Assembly: GCF_009914755.1 (NCBI RefSeq) | Contig: NC_060932.1 | DNA length: 64,000 nt | Strand: one strand, 5' to 3' | Source: the human T2T-CHM13v2.0 reference genome, Homo sapiens | Shown here: positions 24,643 through 38,790 of the stretch, one piece after another | How the letters are laid out: the number at the start of each line of letters is the position of its first letter | Numbering within the stretch: position 1 is the first letter of the stretch | Position numbers and translations under genes: made by a program | Notes under the pieces: model-generated | Seen by the model: the letters and a program-made list of their open reading frames with translations, nothing else | What the model was told of the DNA's origin: nothing | Database searches by the model: none

Positions 24643-24823
24643 CTCTGGGGACTGTTGTGGGGTGGGGGGAGCGGGGAGGGATAGTATTAGGAGATATACC
24701 TAATGCTAAATGACGAGTTAATGGGTGCAGCACACCAGCATGGCACATGTATACATATGTAACTAACCTGCACATTGTGCACATGTACCCTAAAACTTAA
24801 AGTATAATAATAATTAAAAAAAA
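24643..24823 (+). mobile_element. Young L1 3' end (L1PA3-like), about 180 bp
   Basis: 'gctaaatgacgagttaatgggtgcagcacaccagcatgg', A tail, TSD aagactta (24635-24642, 24824-24831). Confidence 0.92.
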
Positions 24824-25211
24824 AAGACTTAAGGCTGATTTCTTAACAGAAATAATAGGAGCCAGAGAATAATGAAAGAATGTCTTTAAAGGGCTGAGAA
24901 AAATAACAATAAACACAAATGTAGACCTCTATACGCAGTGAATATAACCTTCGAAGTGAAGATAAGGTAAACACATCTCCAGACAAGAAAAAATTGAGGC
25001 AATTCATATCCAACAGATCTATATATCCACAAAAATAACCAGAGAAATTTTCAGACAGAAGGAAAATTATCCCAGATGGAAACCCAGAAATAGAGGCAGA
25101 AATTAGGAATAATAGAAATGGTAAATATGTTGGTAAATGAATATAGAGTAAACACAAAAAAAGTAAAGTTTTATAGATTTAAAGTATATGAAAAATTATA
25201 ATGAATATTTT

Positions 25212-25527
25212 ATTTTATTTTACTTATTATTATTATTTTTTGAGATGGAGTTTTGCTCTTGTTGCCCAGGCTGGAGTGCAGTGGCGTGACCTCAGCTCAC
25301 TGCAACCTCCGCCTTCCAGGGTTCAAGTGATTCTCCTGCCTCAGCCTCCTGAGTAGCTGGGATGACAGGTGCCTGCCACCACGCCCGGCTAATTTTTTTG
25401 TATTTTTAGTGGAGACGGGGTTTCGCCATGTTGGCCAGGCTGGTCTCAAACTCCTGACCTCAGGTGATCTACCTGCCTCAGCCTCCCAAAGTGCTGGGAT
25501 TACAGGCATGAGCCACCGTGCCTGACC
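25212..25527 (-). mobile_element. AluS (Sq/Sp-like)
   Basis: 'ctcttgttgcccagg'; perfect 16-bp TSD ttataatgaatatttt (25196-25211, 25528-25543). Confidence 0.95.
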
Positions 25528-26199
25528 TTATAATGAATATTTTAAAAAGCAATAGAGGATAAATGAATTTTAAGTGTTTAAAGATCTAGCGTTGTTGGAG
25601 AGATGGTAGAAATATTAATTTGTGTTAAATTTAATAAATTTGGAATTAGTCTTGTAATGTTCAGGATAACCACTTGAAGTATAATATAAGAATGTAAAAC
25701 TAAAATTCTAATTAAGAGGAGAAATGGAATTTAGAAATATTTGCATATTTTTAAATAAAGCAAAAAAAGATAAATATTAAAAAGTGAGTCAAACAGAAAA
25801 TACATATGTTTTAAAAGCACAAATATATCAGGAATTATATTTAATGCTAAGGCACTAAATACTCCAATTAAAAGACACACATTGTCAGATTAGAAAAAAC
25901 CTATATGCTGCTTACATGTTATATACCTTAAATACAAGGACACAGAAAGGTTAAAACTAAAAGGATTTAAAAAGATAAACTATGCAAAAACTCAACAAAA
26001 GAGATGTAGTATAACTACACCAGTATCATCCAATATGGACTTTAACATAAGCAGTATTACTAGAGATAAGAGGCATATTTCATGATAAAGGGTCAATTCA
26101 TCAGATGTAATAATTCTAAATTTGCATGCACCTAATAACATCAAATGTATACAGCAAAACTTTCCAGGAACAGGACAAAGAGAAATATAATTATAATAG

Positions 26200-26995
26200 G
26201 AAATGAACATGGCATAGAAAAACCCTCTGATCTGAGGCCAGTCTGTAACTCCCCTACTTCTCTATTTCCTGGTAGAATTCTAGAATTCATTTTTTCCCCA
26301 CCTACACATTTAGGTTTTTGGCTTTCCTTTGCTTTTATTATGCCACTACCCCATTCCTTCCATCTCCTTCAACTGATCACTGAATACCCTTATCCTACAT
26401 AATCTCCAAGGCCCAGCTCAAGAATCACCTTCTTGGTCAGGCACATGGCTCATGCCTATAATCCTGGAACTTTGGGAGGCCAAGGCGGGTAGATCACTTG
26501 AGGTCAGGAGTTGGAGACCAGCCTAGTCAACATGGTGAAAAGCCATCTCTACCAAAAATACAAAAATTAGCAGGGTGTGGTGGTGTACATTTATAATCCC
26601 AGCTGCTTGGGAGGCTGAGGCAGGAGAATCACTTGAACCAGGAGGCAGAGGTTGCAGTGAGCAGAGATCGCACCACTGCACTCCAGCCTGGGTGACAGAG
26701 TGAGACTCCATCTCAAAAAAATAAAAATAAATTTAAAAATTACCTTTTCCATGAAGCTTTCCCACATTCCCCTTTTTGGGAGTATGGAATTTCTCCCACC
26801 TCAAAATTCAGAAATTTTTTCACATTTCTTGGCATTTTCTACCTTACATTCTAATTATTTTTGCACATGTATTAATTTCTTCTTTTATTAAGGCAGGGCT
26901 TCCATGGGCTTCCATTTTGCTTGGATTATACCTGACAGAACCGAATCCAAACCATAATGAGAGCTCACTAAATATCTGTTAAATAAATGAATGCT
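26200..26995 (+). mobile_element. L2 3' region interrupted by an Alu
   Basis: 'aaggcccagctcaagaatcacct...ccatgaagctttccc' and tail 'ctcactaaatatctgttaaataaatgaat'. Confidence 0.65.
26435..26734 (+). mobile_element. AluS
   Basis: Full dimer; degenerate TSD aagaatcaccttct / aaaaattacctttt. Confidence 0.95.
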
Positions 26996-29900
26996 GACTC
27001 TTCCCAGAACCTTTCTCCCAAAAGTGCCAGCCAACTCTAAACTGTGTGTGTGAGAGAGAGAATTAGAAATTAGAATTAGAAATCTGGCTTTGGAGAAAAT
27101 GAGCCCCAGATCAGAGCAGAGTTTCCCAAGCCAGAAAACTTTTCTAACTTTTGTAGTCGACCATGTCATGCTAAACGGGCTCCCTGGAAGCTGTGACAGA
27201 ATTTCACGGACACATAAAAACCTGTCTTGCCAACTGCTTGAGGCCCTGGTCATCCACTCAAGCGACAGCAGACCTCACTGGCCAGAGCCCACCACTCTGT
27301 CTTATCTCAAATTCAAATAATTCATTACAGCTATCATACTGCTATTTATCTAACCCTTGATTTTCCTCTGCCTGAGCAAAACAGTGAGAAAAGGGAAAAG
27401 TAACTGAGATCTCAGAATTACATGAGCATGTCTTGGCCACCCAGCTCTGCCAAAATAGCTGCTTGACTTGGATTGGATGCCTCAAAGTCATTTTTATAAC
27501 GGAAATAATAACACTACTTATTTTGTAGGTTGTTATGAGAATTAAATGGGAAAATCCATATGAGGCCACCCAATAATGCCTGTTTTAAAAGATTAGCTTC
27601 TTCCCTTCTCCACCTTCCCACCACTTAAGAGGCCAGCAGATCACTTCCCTTATTCAGAATAAACTTTGGTGGGAGACAGGAGATGATGACAAATTCACAT
27701 CCATCATCTCCCTGGATAAGAAAAGAGATTCATGCTGGCTGGCTGGCATTTCCAGAGCCTTGCAGCCATTCCGAGGATTCCGTGTGCACTGGATAAAACT
27801 GGATTTCCAATAAAATACTCCATGCCTGGGCATCGCCCAGCCACAAGCGCTGACTATTGCCCAAAATTAAGCTGAGTTTGCCATCTAGAGGACATCAGCG
27901 GACAGGCAGGGCCCGATATGGACTTCAGCAGTGACTCACTGGGCACCCGGAACAGAGATGAAGCTTCATTCCTTCACTGACAAATGTTTGTTGAGAATCT
28001 GCTATAAACCAGCCACTGTAGGAACAGGGCATGATGCAGCCTCTGTCCTCAATGAGCTCACAATCCAGTGGAGAGTTCACACTAAATTGATTTCATTGTC
28101 CAAAATGAGACTTGGTTTCTGAAAGGAGGAAGAGTTCCTCCTCTAACAGTACAAAACGAATTTGCTCACTGATAAATCAGACAGCCAGTAAGTAGAATAG
28201 CTGAGCTGTGTCTTGGCCTCGGGGATTGGATTCCAATTTTCTAGACACTCAAGCTGAGTTGGATATCAGAGGAGCCCACCTTCTCATTTTGCAGCCAAAG
28301 AGAGGTAAAGTGAGCCAACCAGGGCCTCGCAGCTAGAAAGTAGCACAGCCACTCTTGCAATGTCCGTGTTTCTTCCAAGTGGCTGAATTATGCCTGAAGC
28401 AGCCAGACACCAGAGCAGAGCGGACAGAGACGGGGGTGCACAGAGCTTTCTGAACTGGGTGTTCGTCAAGGGCAGGTTTGCAGAAGCCAGGAGTTTTTAT
28501 ATCTTGTTGAGGCCCTCACTTGCCAACGATGGAATAAATGAGGAACTTTGGCCTCTGGCTAGATTCACATAGCTCTTCTCACCCTATAAATCTGATTCAT
28601 TTAAAGAAAGTCCCTCTGACTTTCATGGATGTTCCTTCAGTTGCCAGGAATGTCTGTGTATTTGGAACTGTGCTTATAGTCTAAGAATCTCTTAGCTTTT
28701 GAAAGGTGGCAATGTGGCTACACGTAATTCAGGACATTTAAACTGGAAGGGAAATCTCTTTTCCAGAAGCAGGAACGTACTTCAGGATACTAAACATTGC
28801 ACCAACATTATGTGCTTTTCAGACCTCATTATTGCATTTGTGGCCAGTTTTGGCTTATCCACATAGTCATTAAACAAGCATACATTCTGTGCTTCTTATG
28901 TGCCAGGCGCTGTACTTATGTGCCATTGCTTTATGAGCAAAGCGCTGAGGATACAGTGATGAACAAGACAGTCATTGCCACTGCCTTCATGGAGCTTACA
29001 AGTCATTATCCAGAAAATTATGTCAAGTTATGATGAGTCCATAACAAAAAGAAAAAAGAAGGCTCCTCTGAGTAAATGCCAAAGACTACTTAGCTGCAGA
29101 ATAAAACTGGATTTGTAATAAGCTTTTCTACTCACTCCCTATTTGTCCAGATTATCCTGTACATATTTGCTTAACTTTCTCCTCAACATTTTTGGGGGTT
29201 TTTGTTTGTTTGTTTGTTTCGATTTTTGTTACAGTTGATATTGTATTTATTACCCACAAGATTCTCAGCTTCTTGAGGTCGGGGAAAAATTCTCATTTAT
29301 TCCAAGATCTTCCATGCCTACTAAATAGTAGGTGCTGATAGTATTATTTTAATAAATAAGTGAAAGGATTAAATTGATTTCATCAGTCTGTCAATCAATT
29401 TCAAATACGACTGATAAAACCACATTTATAGTCTTTAATATGTGATGCTGAGACTGAGGCATAGTCAATGACAATAGGTGAAATTGTTAAAGTTACATTT
29501 CTATCCAAGTGTATCATTGCAAGTCCTCCACCATTTATTACACACCCAATCTGTCAGATATGATGCCGGATGCTGTCTGGAGCAGGAGATGAGCACTTAC
29601 ATACATAAACATAAAATGTTCAAGGTATTTCAGAGGGGAGCACACCTAACACTAGCAGGAATGATCAATGTTATGGAAATACAAATAACCACTAATCACT
29701 GCTAAAATCCAAACAAACCTAAAATCTAACCATAATCATTGGAAATAGCTGCCTCCATGGAGCGCTGTGTCCCAGGAGTGAGGTGCAGATTGTGAATATG
29801 TCCAAAGACTGTGTCACAAGTGAACAGAAACTTGCCAGAGTACACTCAGTATCTACACACATAAATAGGAAACATTGAGTAATCACTGATGGTACTCTCC

Positions 29901-30139
29901 AGCTTGGTTTTAAATGAAGCCAGTTTTAGAGAAAGAGCCATAATATCTCTTCTCACTGCATCATATCCTTCATACCCCATCCACCTGGAGCACTTTTACT
30001 CACTATTTAAGTCTTTGGTCAAGTCAAACTTTGACTTTCACAGCTCTCCACAACCCTTGAAAAGTTAGCCCCCAAAGGATAGTGTACATACTTCTAGTCA
30101 TAAGTTTTCAACAGCAAAGACTAGTTAGTACAAAAAAAA

Positions 30140-30385
30140 AAACAAGCTATGATTTCAAGAGCATCTACTATGTGCCCAGCACTGAGCTAGGCACTTTCTC
30201 AGAATGATCTCTTTTACTTAGCATAAAAACACTACGTGGCAGGTGTTATTAACTTCAGTGTATACATTTTTTTTAAAATGATGTTGAGAGAGGCTAGGTC
30301 ACTTATGAGAAATCAGCTAATTAATAGTAGAACTAGAATATTCATCCAGGCCCATCTCCTCCAAATCCCACTTTCTGCCCTCTTT
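30140..30385 (-). mobile_element. MIR
   Basis: 'gagcatctactatgtgcccagcactgagctaggcacttt...tgagagaggctaggtcactt'. Confidence 0.7.
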
Positions 30386-30386
30386 C

Positions 30387-30653
30387 CTAATGTTTCTCAA
30401 AATATTAAATACGAAGTATAGATACTGTTTTCTCTACTTTGCTAATTTTTATGCTTTATCTTTCATTGATGGCAAGTGGTACTGCTTTTCAAATTATGGT
30501 GAGTATGTAAAGTTTCCTATTTAAAGAGATTAAGTTATTTTTTGGATGAGAGTTTAAAAGAAATCTGTTATGTAAGTAATAGCACAATTGATGTGTGGCT
30601 ATACCAAAAGCCATGCATGTGACACATCACTGACTGATGTCTGGGAAACACTG
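30387..30653. mobile_element. Probable hAT-Charlie non-autonomous element
   Basis: Degenerate TIRs 'taatgtttctcaaa' ... 'tctgggaaacactg'. Confidence 0.45.
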
Positions 30654-30723
30654 CTTTGCCCGGTAAGTGCTTCTCAACTTCCTTCATTTCTCACGTTATT
30701 TCTTGATCTCGTTACCTCTACAC

Positions 30724-30889
30724 CAGTGCCTCTCACCTCTGGGTGCACATAGAATTATGCAAGAATACTGATGTCCAAGCCCCCTTCTTGCCCAATTAAT
30801 TAAGAAATTCTGGGAGTGAGACCTAAACACTGCTATTTTTTCAAAACTCCCCAAATAATTCTAGTAGCAGTCAGGGTTAAGAACTACTG
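30724..30889. mobile_element. MER5-type hAT MITE
   Basis: TIRs 'cagtgcctctca' ... 'ttaagaactactg'; internal 'ctccccaaataattcta'. Confidence 0.8.
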
Positions 30890-31389
30890 CTACAAACTAT
30901 GAACCCCTTTGGGTATGCCCAGTGCACAGCACACTGCCTGGCACATAGTAGGAGATCAACAATGTTTGTTAAATAAGAAATGATGTTATCCTGGATTCTA
31001 CCAAGTCCAGCATTCTTAAATGAATCACTGGGGCCATATTTCAGATCCTATCTCTCCAACATGTTCAAGAGTATGTGATGAGGCCTCTGTATAGGCAATC
31101 AGTCTGTTACAGAGTGAGACTATATTGTGAGCAAGCCAACATTAAATAATTCCCAATTCCTCATTTCCATCAGGGTGCTGACTTTCCTCCTACTCTGTCT
31201 GCAGAAGGATTTGAGGCCATTTCACCCATCCACAAGCAGGAGGCAGCCATGCTGTGGGCAACCCTGTATCTAGAGGTGGTCTCAGCAGAGCCACTTCCTC
31301 ATTGCATGCCTGGTACTCTTGAACTCCTCAGAGTTACCTGCTTGTGAACTTAAGCAAAGCAGATAAGGCCTAGCTCCCAGCTAAGGATC

Positions 31390-31610
31390 TGTGAGGTAGA
31401 CGGGAAAAAAGAATGGACTTTAGGAACAAACAGATCCAACATTAAATTTCATATCCATCACCTCAGATAAATCACTTACCCTCTGTGAGCACCCACTTCC
31501 TCATATTAAAATAAAAATTATTATATAGGTTTTACAGTATTGTTAAGGATTAGAGATACTGAATGGAAGCTTCCCACTAGTGTTTGGCACATGGCAGGTG
31601 CTCCACAGAG
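31390..31610 (+). mobile_element. MIR
   Basis: 'aaatcacttaccctctgtgagcacccacttcctcat', 3' 'gtgtttggcacatggcaggtgctc'. Confidence 0.7.
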
Positions 31611-32245
31611 GTGTATATGGCTTTTCCATAGTTGAAGGGAGGAATGAATGAGGAGATATATAAAGCTACACAAGGTTATTACAAATACAAGAGGTCATAC
31701 ATTTCTCTCTTTTCCTTCTTTTTAAAGCCCCCTGTTTTAAGAAAACATAGCACTTTTACCACACTTGACCAGTTCCTTTAGCTGTTGTTCGTTCCCCAAA
31801 GAAAGATTAACTCAACAAGAAGATTCTTCAAGGCTTAGAAATGCATGTCACTTTACTGACATAACTTTAGGTAACAAATAGACTTTTATAATAATTCTAT
31901 TATTGTACTTTAGTTGAAAAGGATACAAATGTTGAAAATTAAAGAGACTTTGTTTTGTTTGTGTTTGAAACACAAAGCCTGAGAAAGAGCTAATTTGTGT
32001 GGTAAAATCTAGGGTTTAAAATATTTCCCAAAGGACAAATTAAAGTAACTCCTTGGACCCTTATTTTACTAAGAACAAAACACATCTCCACCAGAGAGGC
32101 ATTGCTTCCAAATCTTTCAAACAGCCAGACTTAAATCTCAGGACTGTGTTTTCATTATCCACATAGAAGGGAAATCCTCCCTCCTGCTTATTGAGCAAAT
32201 TCTCCTTGAGTTCCTGCTAGGTGCAATGCACCATTTCAATCAAAC

Positions 32246-32548
<303 letters not shown>

Positions 32549-32684
32549 TAATACTCACCATGCAAACGCAACTATTTTAAATATCTTATCTTTTAATCCT
32601 CTTTCTTTTATCTTATGGCAAATTATTTGCACCAAGTTATAGCATTATTATCATCAGCATCACTACCACCATCACCATCATAAC

Positions 32685-32885
32685 TACCAATTACTATGTA
32701 AACTCTGCTAAAGTGTTTTACAGACATCATCTTAAATCCAATCCTTTCATCAGCCTTAAGACGTACACGTCCTTAACACTTAGTTTATAGAGTAAGAAGC
32801 CAAAGCTTAGAGAAAAAGACCTTGATTAAGGTCACTTAGTAAATAAGTGATGAAGGTGGGACTAGAAATCATGTTTACTTTTGCC
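32685..32885 (-). mobile_element. MIR, preceded by a (CAT/CAC)n tract
   Basis: 'tttatagagtaagaagccaaagcttagaga...aaggtcacttagtaaataagtg'. Confidence 0.65.
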
Positions 32886-33599
32886 TAAAACCAAAGTCTG
32901 CTTAATCCAGGTGAACTCAGGGACTATAGAAGTCACTGCTGAGATGAAGTTTGTCATGGTGCATAGAGTGCCAAAGCAATGACAAATAAAGGGATTTAGC
33001 GGCAAATTTTTATTTGGATATTCAACTCATTGCTTTGGACTGTTTCAGCATACACAGGTCTTTCCACAAAGGTCCTATTGTTTTCCTATCTCGAAAACAC
33101 AATTTATAGGGAATTATCATGGCAGGATCCGTAAAGATCATCTAATCCAATCCCTCCTTATGCCAAGACAAGGAAGTAAAGTCTAGAGATTATAGTTGCT
33201 TTGCTTAAGGTCACATAGCAAGTCATCAATACAGCTGTGACCAGGGCTCTGGACTCCTGACTCCCATTTCAGTGTTCTTTCTGATATGTTTCCTTCTGTA
33301 TAAACAATGCTATTTCCATCTTACATCTGATGTTTAGAGTTGTCTTAACTGGTCTGATTATAATAAATTATGTAAAATAAAACATTTAACAAATTATGTG
33401 ATTAGCCCTAGATAAACTCAAATGGAGAAAGAAGAGGAGGGGAAAAGACACTTCTAGCTAAAAAAACATCAAAAACAATGACAGAGTCATGAAATAAATC
33501 CAACTTAGTGTGTTCATAAAAGGGAATTCATCTGGTATAATTTGAACAGACACAGCAAGGGGAGTAAAGAGAGAGAATAAATTATTCTTCCCCTGAAGC

Positions 33600-34400
33600 C
33601 CATTCTAGGACCCTGGAAATACAAAAGTGACCATAACATGGTCCCAGTCTTCAGAAAATTTATAGACTAAGGGCTTATATCAAAAAAGAAATAGGTATTT
33701 ACAATACCATATAAGTGCTGTGATAGATGTTAAGTCCAAGTTGCTACAGAAGCACAGAGTAGGAGCTTACAATCCAGATTTAGTGGGGAGTTCCTGGAAG
33801 AAGTGGCACTAAGCAAAGTCCTAAGGGATGAGTAAGGCTGGTAGAGGACAAAGTCAATGAAACATTCATGACAGAAAAAAGAATCACCTTAAAGGCATAA
33901 TGGTTTGTCTTCAGTACAGCCCAGAGTTCAATATGGCAGGTCACAGAGTGAAGAAGAGATTGTAAAAAGCCAGTCTAGAGTAAAAGGAAAGCAAAGACCA
34001 GGATGCACTGGACCTTATACATTGTGCTTGTTATTTGTGATATTATCCTAAGGACAGAGGGGACCATTGAGAATATTTAAGCAACTGGATGACATGATTA
34101 AATGCATTCTTTAGATAGATCATTATGACTGCTGACTGGTGGATGGAATGAAAGAGGGCAAGACTGTAAGCAGAGAGACTGGTCAGCTAGCCACGACAAT
34201 ATTCTACACGAGGAATAGCAAGGGCATAAGCTATAAGCTTAGGAGAAGTAGGGGGCAATCAAGCAATATGAACAAAGTGAAATCTTCATGTCTGAGAGAT
34301 TGATTGGATGTTGAGAAGGAGGAGTTAAGAATAACTCCCAACTTTCCAAAGGGGGTCATTGGAGACATAATGGGTTGCTCAGCAAGATAAGATATGTCCC
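33600..34400 (-). mobile_element. L2 remnant
   Basis: 'ttatcctaaggacagaggggaccattgagaatatttaagcaactggatgacatgat...gatcatt' is typical antisense L2. Confidence 0.7.
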
Positions 34401-35839
34401 GCTGCATAACGTATGTCCCTGAAAACATGAAGGCCTGAAGTTGAGAACAGTGTTTTGTTGACACTATGTGAACAGTTTCTAAAAGGAAAATGTTTTTGAG
34501 ATTTTCACTGCACAAGATATCTGAGCCTAACTAAAAGACTCAATTGAATAGATAGAATAGGTTGTAATGTCAGTCATTTTAAAGAGTGAGGGGAATAGAT
34601 CTCACCAAGTTTATATCTTGTCATATGATTTGGCTTTCATGGCCTAAATACAAATCAAGATGTACTAGATTCTAAAGCCATTTAATCTTGCCCAAGTATG
34701 TAAAGGGACGAGATTGGGAAAGCAAAGCATTCACAATATTTCAGCAGGAATCATTAGATATCTTGGACACTTTACACAAAACACAATCCTAATGAGTGAA
34801 TCATGAATTAGTAGACCCTGAGAGCGAGGACTTCTCCTACCCCAATGTCAAGACAATTTAAACTTCATGCAGAACGTGTCTGGCTACAAGAGTTCCGGCT
34901 TTTGCCAAACCTCATAGAATGAATTGGAACCATTTTACAGACCTCTACATTCTTATAGGGCTCCCCACCCTGAGCTCCGGTCCCTCTAATGCTGTGTTTC
35001 TGTGTGGATGATAGCTCTTGGGGCCTCGGGTTTGATTCAGTGCATGCCAGGACTTGGAGACATTTTAAACAAGTTAGAATCCATGTGTTGCCTTCAATTA
35101 AAGGTTTTGTAAGGCAAAGGGACACCAACTCAGCCACCAAATATTTGGGTCTGGGGAAGTTTCTTCAACCTTTCTGACAGGCCAAGTGTGATGTGGCAAG
35201 CCTGGCTCCTGTCAAAAGCAATGAATGAGACAGAAATGAACATTGTGAAAATTAGGCTTGTCACCAACCTAAGCCACTGAACATTCAAATGCGTGGCATG
35301 CAAAGTGTGGTTTGAACATCATAGCCTGGAAAGCAATAAGAATTCTTGGTAGGATTTGGGTAATTATGAGAAATGCTTGAAAAAAAATCAACCTCAATGT
35401 AAAAATGAATAATTAGAAAAATATCAATGGTCAGATAGAGGGTAGGAATCGGTAAAGAATATACAATTTCTATGTAGACTCAATATTGGTTTGCTTACCA
35501 AATTCATTCATTCTGTGAGTATTTACCCAGCCTGAACTTTGAGTGTATTTGGAAGTATTATGGAGGCTATAAAAGACTTAGATGTAAAGAAAGGTTTGAG
35601 TGAAGAGAGTGCACCAAAAACTCTAATACTAGTGAAAAGTCATAAATTTCCCAAAAATATCTATTTTCAAAGTCATCATTGGGTAAAGAGTATGGGGCTT
35701 GGGAAGTCCAGTATCTGACAGTCTTGGCTCTCCTATTTACGTAATACGTAACCTTGGATATTATGGTAAAGACTGACATGCAGTGCCTGGCATATTGCAG
35801 ATATTCAATACGTTCTCAATGAATGGATGAATGAATTAG

Positions 35840-36360
<521 letters not shown>

Positions 36361-36975
36361 TCTTAGAATAAATTGTTCTTATATGGAATAGGAATAGAAA
36401 AAAATCCCAGGAGAAACTGAGAAAATCAGTTTTACCTGAATCACCATCAAGCCTACCAGTTTCTACTCAACTGAGCTAGTTCACACAAGGTAAACAGCTA
36501 CATGGACCTCTGAAGTTGACTTTATGGTGAGAAAGCATCCTTAGTCCTTATTAGAGGCTATGAGACAGGGACTGAGCAAGTAGCTTTCATACTTATTACC
36601 ATAGTGAACCCTCCCCACAACCCAGGAAAGCAGGCATTGGTGCTCCTGTTTTACAGAAGCAGTAGAGACACAGTTTGAGCCCAGGCTTATCGAGATTATA
36701 TCATAATACAAGTTCCATCCAACCCCAGGTAAAAATTAAAGGACTTGCTGGCCCAGATGATACTTTGCTCTCTTCTTGTTGAAGATCATGACCTTTTAGG
36801 GAAAGGAACATTTGCAAAGTGTGGACCTGCTATCAAAATGATACTGGTAACTGGGCTTTGCAGTGAAGATCACTGCTAATCATGTCAGAAAAAATGGGTT
36901 CCTGGAAGGGAAAGTCACCATCTCATCAATGACAAGGACAACAGCTGGGCAGGCAAACTGATGAACTAGACTTCA

Positions 36976-37317
<342 letters not shown>

Positions 37318-37589
37318 TTAAAAGAAGGGGCAAAAGTGATCCTGTACAACTGAAAACTAGAAAGAATTAAAATCATGAAAGACTCTGGAGACACACAGGA
37401 AAAGAAACAAAGTCAGCAGCATTGCCAAGAAGACGAAAGAAAACACAACAAACAATTCTAAGGCCTCTAGATGCTTCCATCCAACAAACATACTGGTTAG
37501 AAATGTAGAACTAAATTAAATCCAAGAGTTTCTATCAGGTATCATGTTGTAACATGAGGTAGGAGCACAGAAAGAAACCATGATACAGA

Positions 37590-37812
37590 TACCATCATAG
37601 GTAAAAGCAGTGGCTCTAAGTCAGACTTGACTTCATGTCTCATCTACCATTTCTAGGTGAATAATTTGGGCAAGTGGCTTAAGCTTTCTGAGCCTCAATT
37701 GCCCTAACTGTAAAAGAAGGTTAATAACATTGCCTCATTGGGTTACTGTGATGATTAATTTTTTGAGTGTAAAATGCTCAGCATATAATAAAATGCTCAA
37801 TAAATATTGAAC
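37590..37812 (+). mobile_element. MIR
   Basis: 'ttggggcaagtggcttaagctttctgagcctca', 3' 'atgctcaataaatatt'. Confidence 0.75.
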
Positions 37813-38179
37813 ATAGTATATTACCATTGAGAATATTACAAAGTATGAAGGAAGCAGATCAGAGACAGTTCCTGAAACAAGATGTTTTAGCTATGTCTTG
37901 AGGGAATGTAAAAGTTCATGAGGTAGAGACTTTCTGGGGTGGGTGAAGTAGCAATGAATGGTTGGGGGGGTGAGGTGAGGGTGACAAGGTAGGTTGGTCT
38001 CTTTGCCTCCAGTGTTGCCCAACCCCATTCATTATCCATTCCATCTCCAATCATTTTCCATTCTATCTCTGAGCACAAACCCAATCCTGCCACCACCCCT
38101 GCTTAAAACCTGTGAATGACTGTGTTTGGATTCAGGGTAACATTTAAACTCTTAGCATGCAGCCTCCGAGTAATGTGCT

Positions 38180-38790
38180 CATTCCATGTCTATTTATTTA
38201 GCATCTACTGTATGTCAGGACCTGTTTTGTGAAGAATAATAAATGGGCCTTGACTATGAGAAATTCACAGACCAGTGGAGAGAAAGATGAAGGACAAACA
38301 GGTTCAGTATATTACAGTCAGAGCTATGATAGGTATATGCCTACAACACTGTGATGAAGAAAAATCTCATACCTCTTTTAGATTGGTAGTCTCATGGAAA
38401 GCCTTACAGTAGAGATATGGTTGAGCTGAGTTTTCAAAACTAAATAGGAGAAGAATAGGAAAATATCTAGAGAAAATATAGGGAACAGCATACAGAAAAG
38501 GACAGAGGCAACACAAACTGCATTTCAGTGGTATTCCTAAGAGTCCATTGTTGCTGGAGCTTAGAGAGGTGCACAAGTCAGGCTGTAAGAGACAAGGGGG
38601 ACTAGTAGCCAGCCAGAGACTAGATCAGTGTTCTTGGATGCCATGCTAAGGAGCTTGCCCTTTATCTTGTGAATAACAGAGAACCAGAGAAAGGTCATGT
38701 TCAGTGCTGCGAATATGGTCTGAGCAGGGGCCAGAAGAGAGGGAGAGGGATCACTGAGGGGCTCTTGCAATAATCTGGGCTATCCAAGAT
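38180..38790 (-). mobile_element. L2 remnant
   Basis: 'tatttagcatctactgtatgtcagg', 'ccatgctaaggagcttgccctttatc'. Confidence 0.65.

Larger units (their letters stand above)
23170..26190 (+). mobile_element. Ancient L1M (ME/MD-like) 5'UTR-ORF1-start of ORF2 with three nested insertions
   Basis: ORF1-like 'KHIIVKCLKTK'; ORF2 EN-like DNA 'ctccaattaaaagaca...ctatatgctgcttaca'. Confidence 0.75.

Noticed and set aside
24323-24784. Longest ORF (153 aa, minus strand)
   Set aside because: It is an antisense read-through of an L1PA 3'UTR and A-rich L1 ORF1, with an F/L-rich composition typical of such artefacts.
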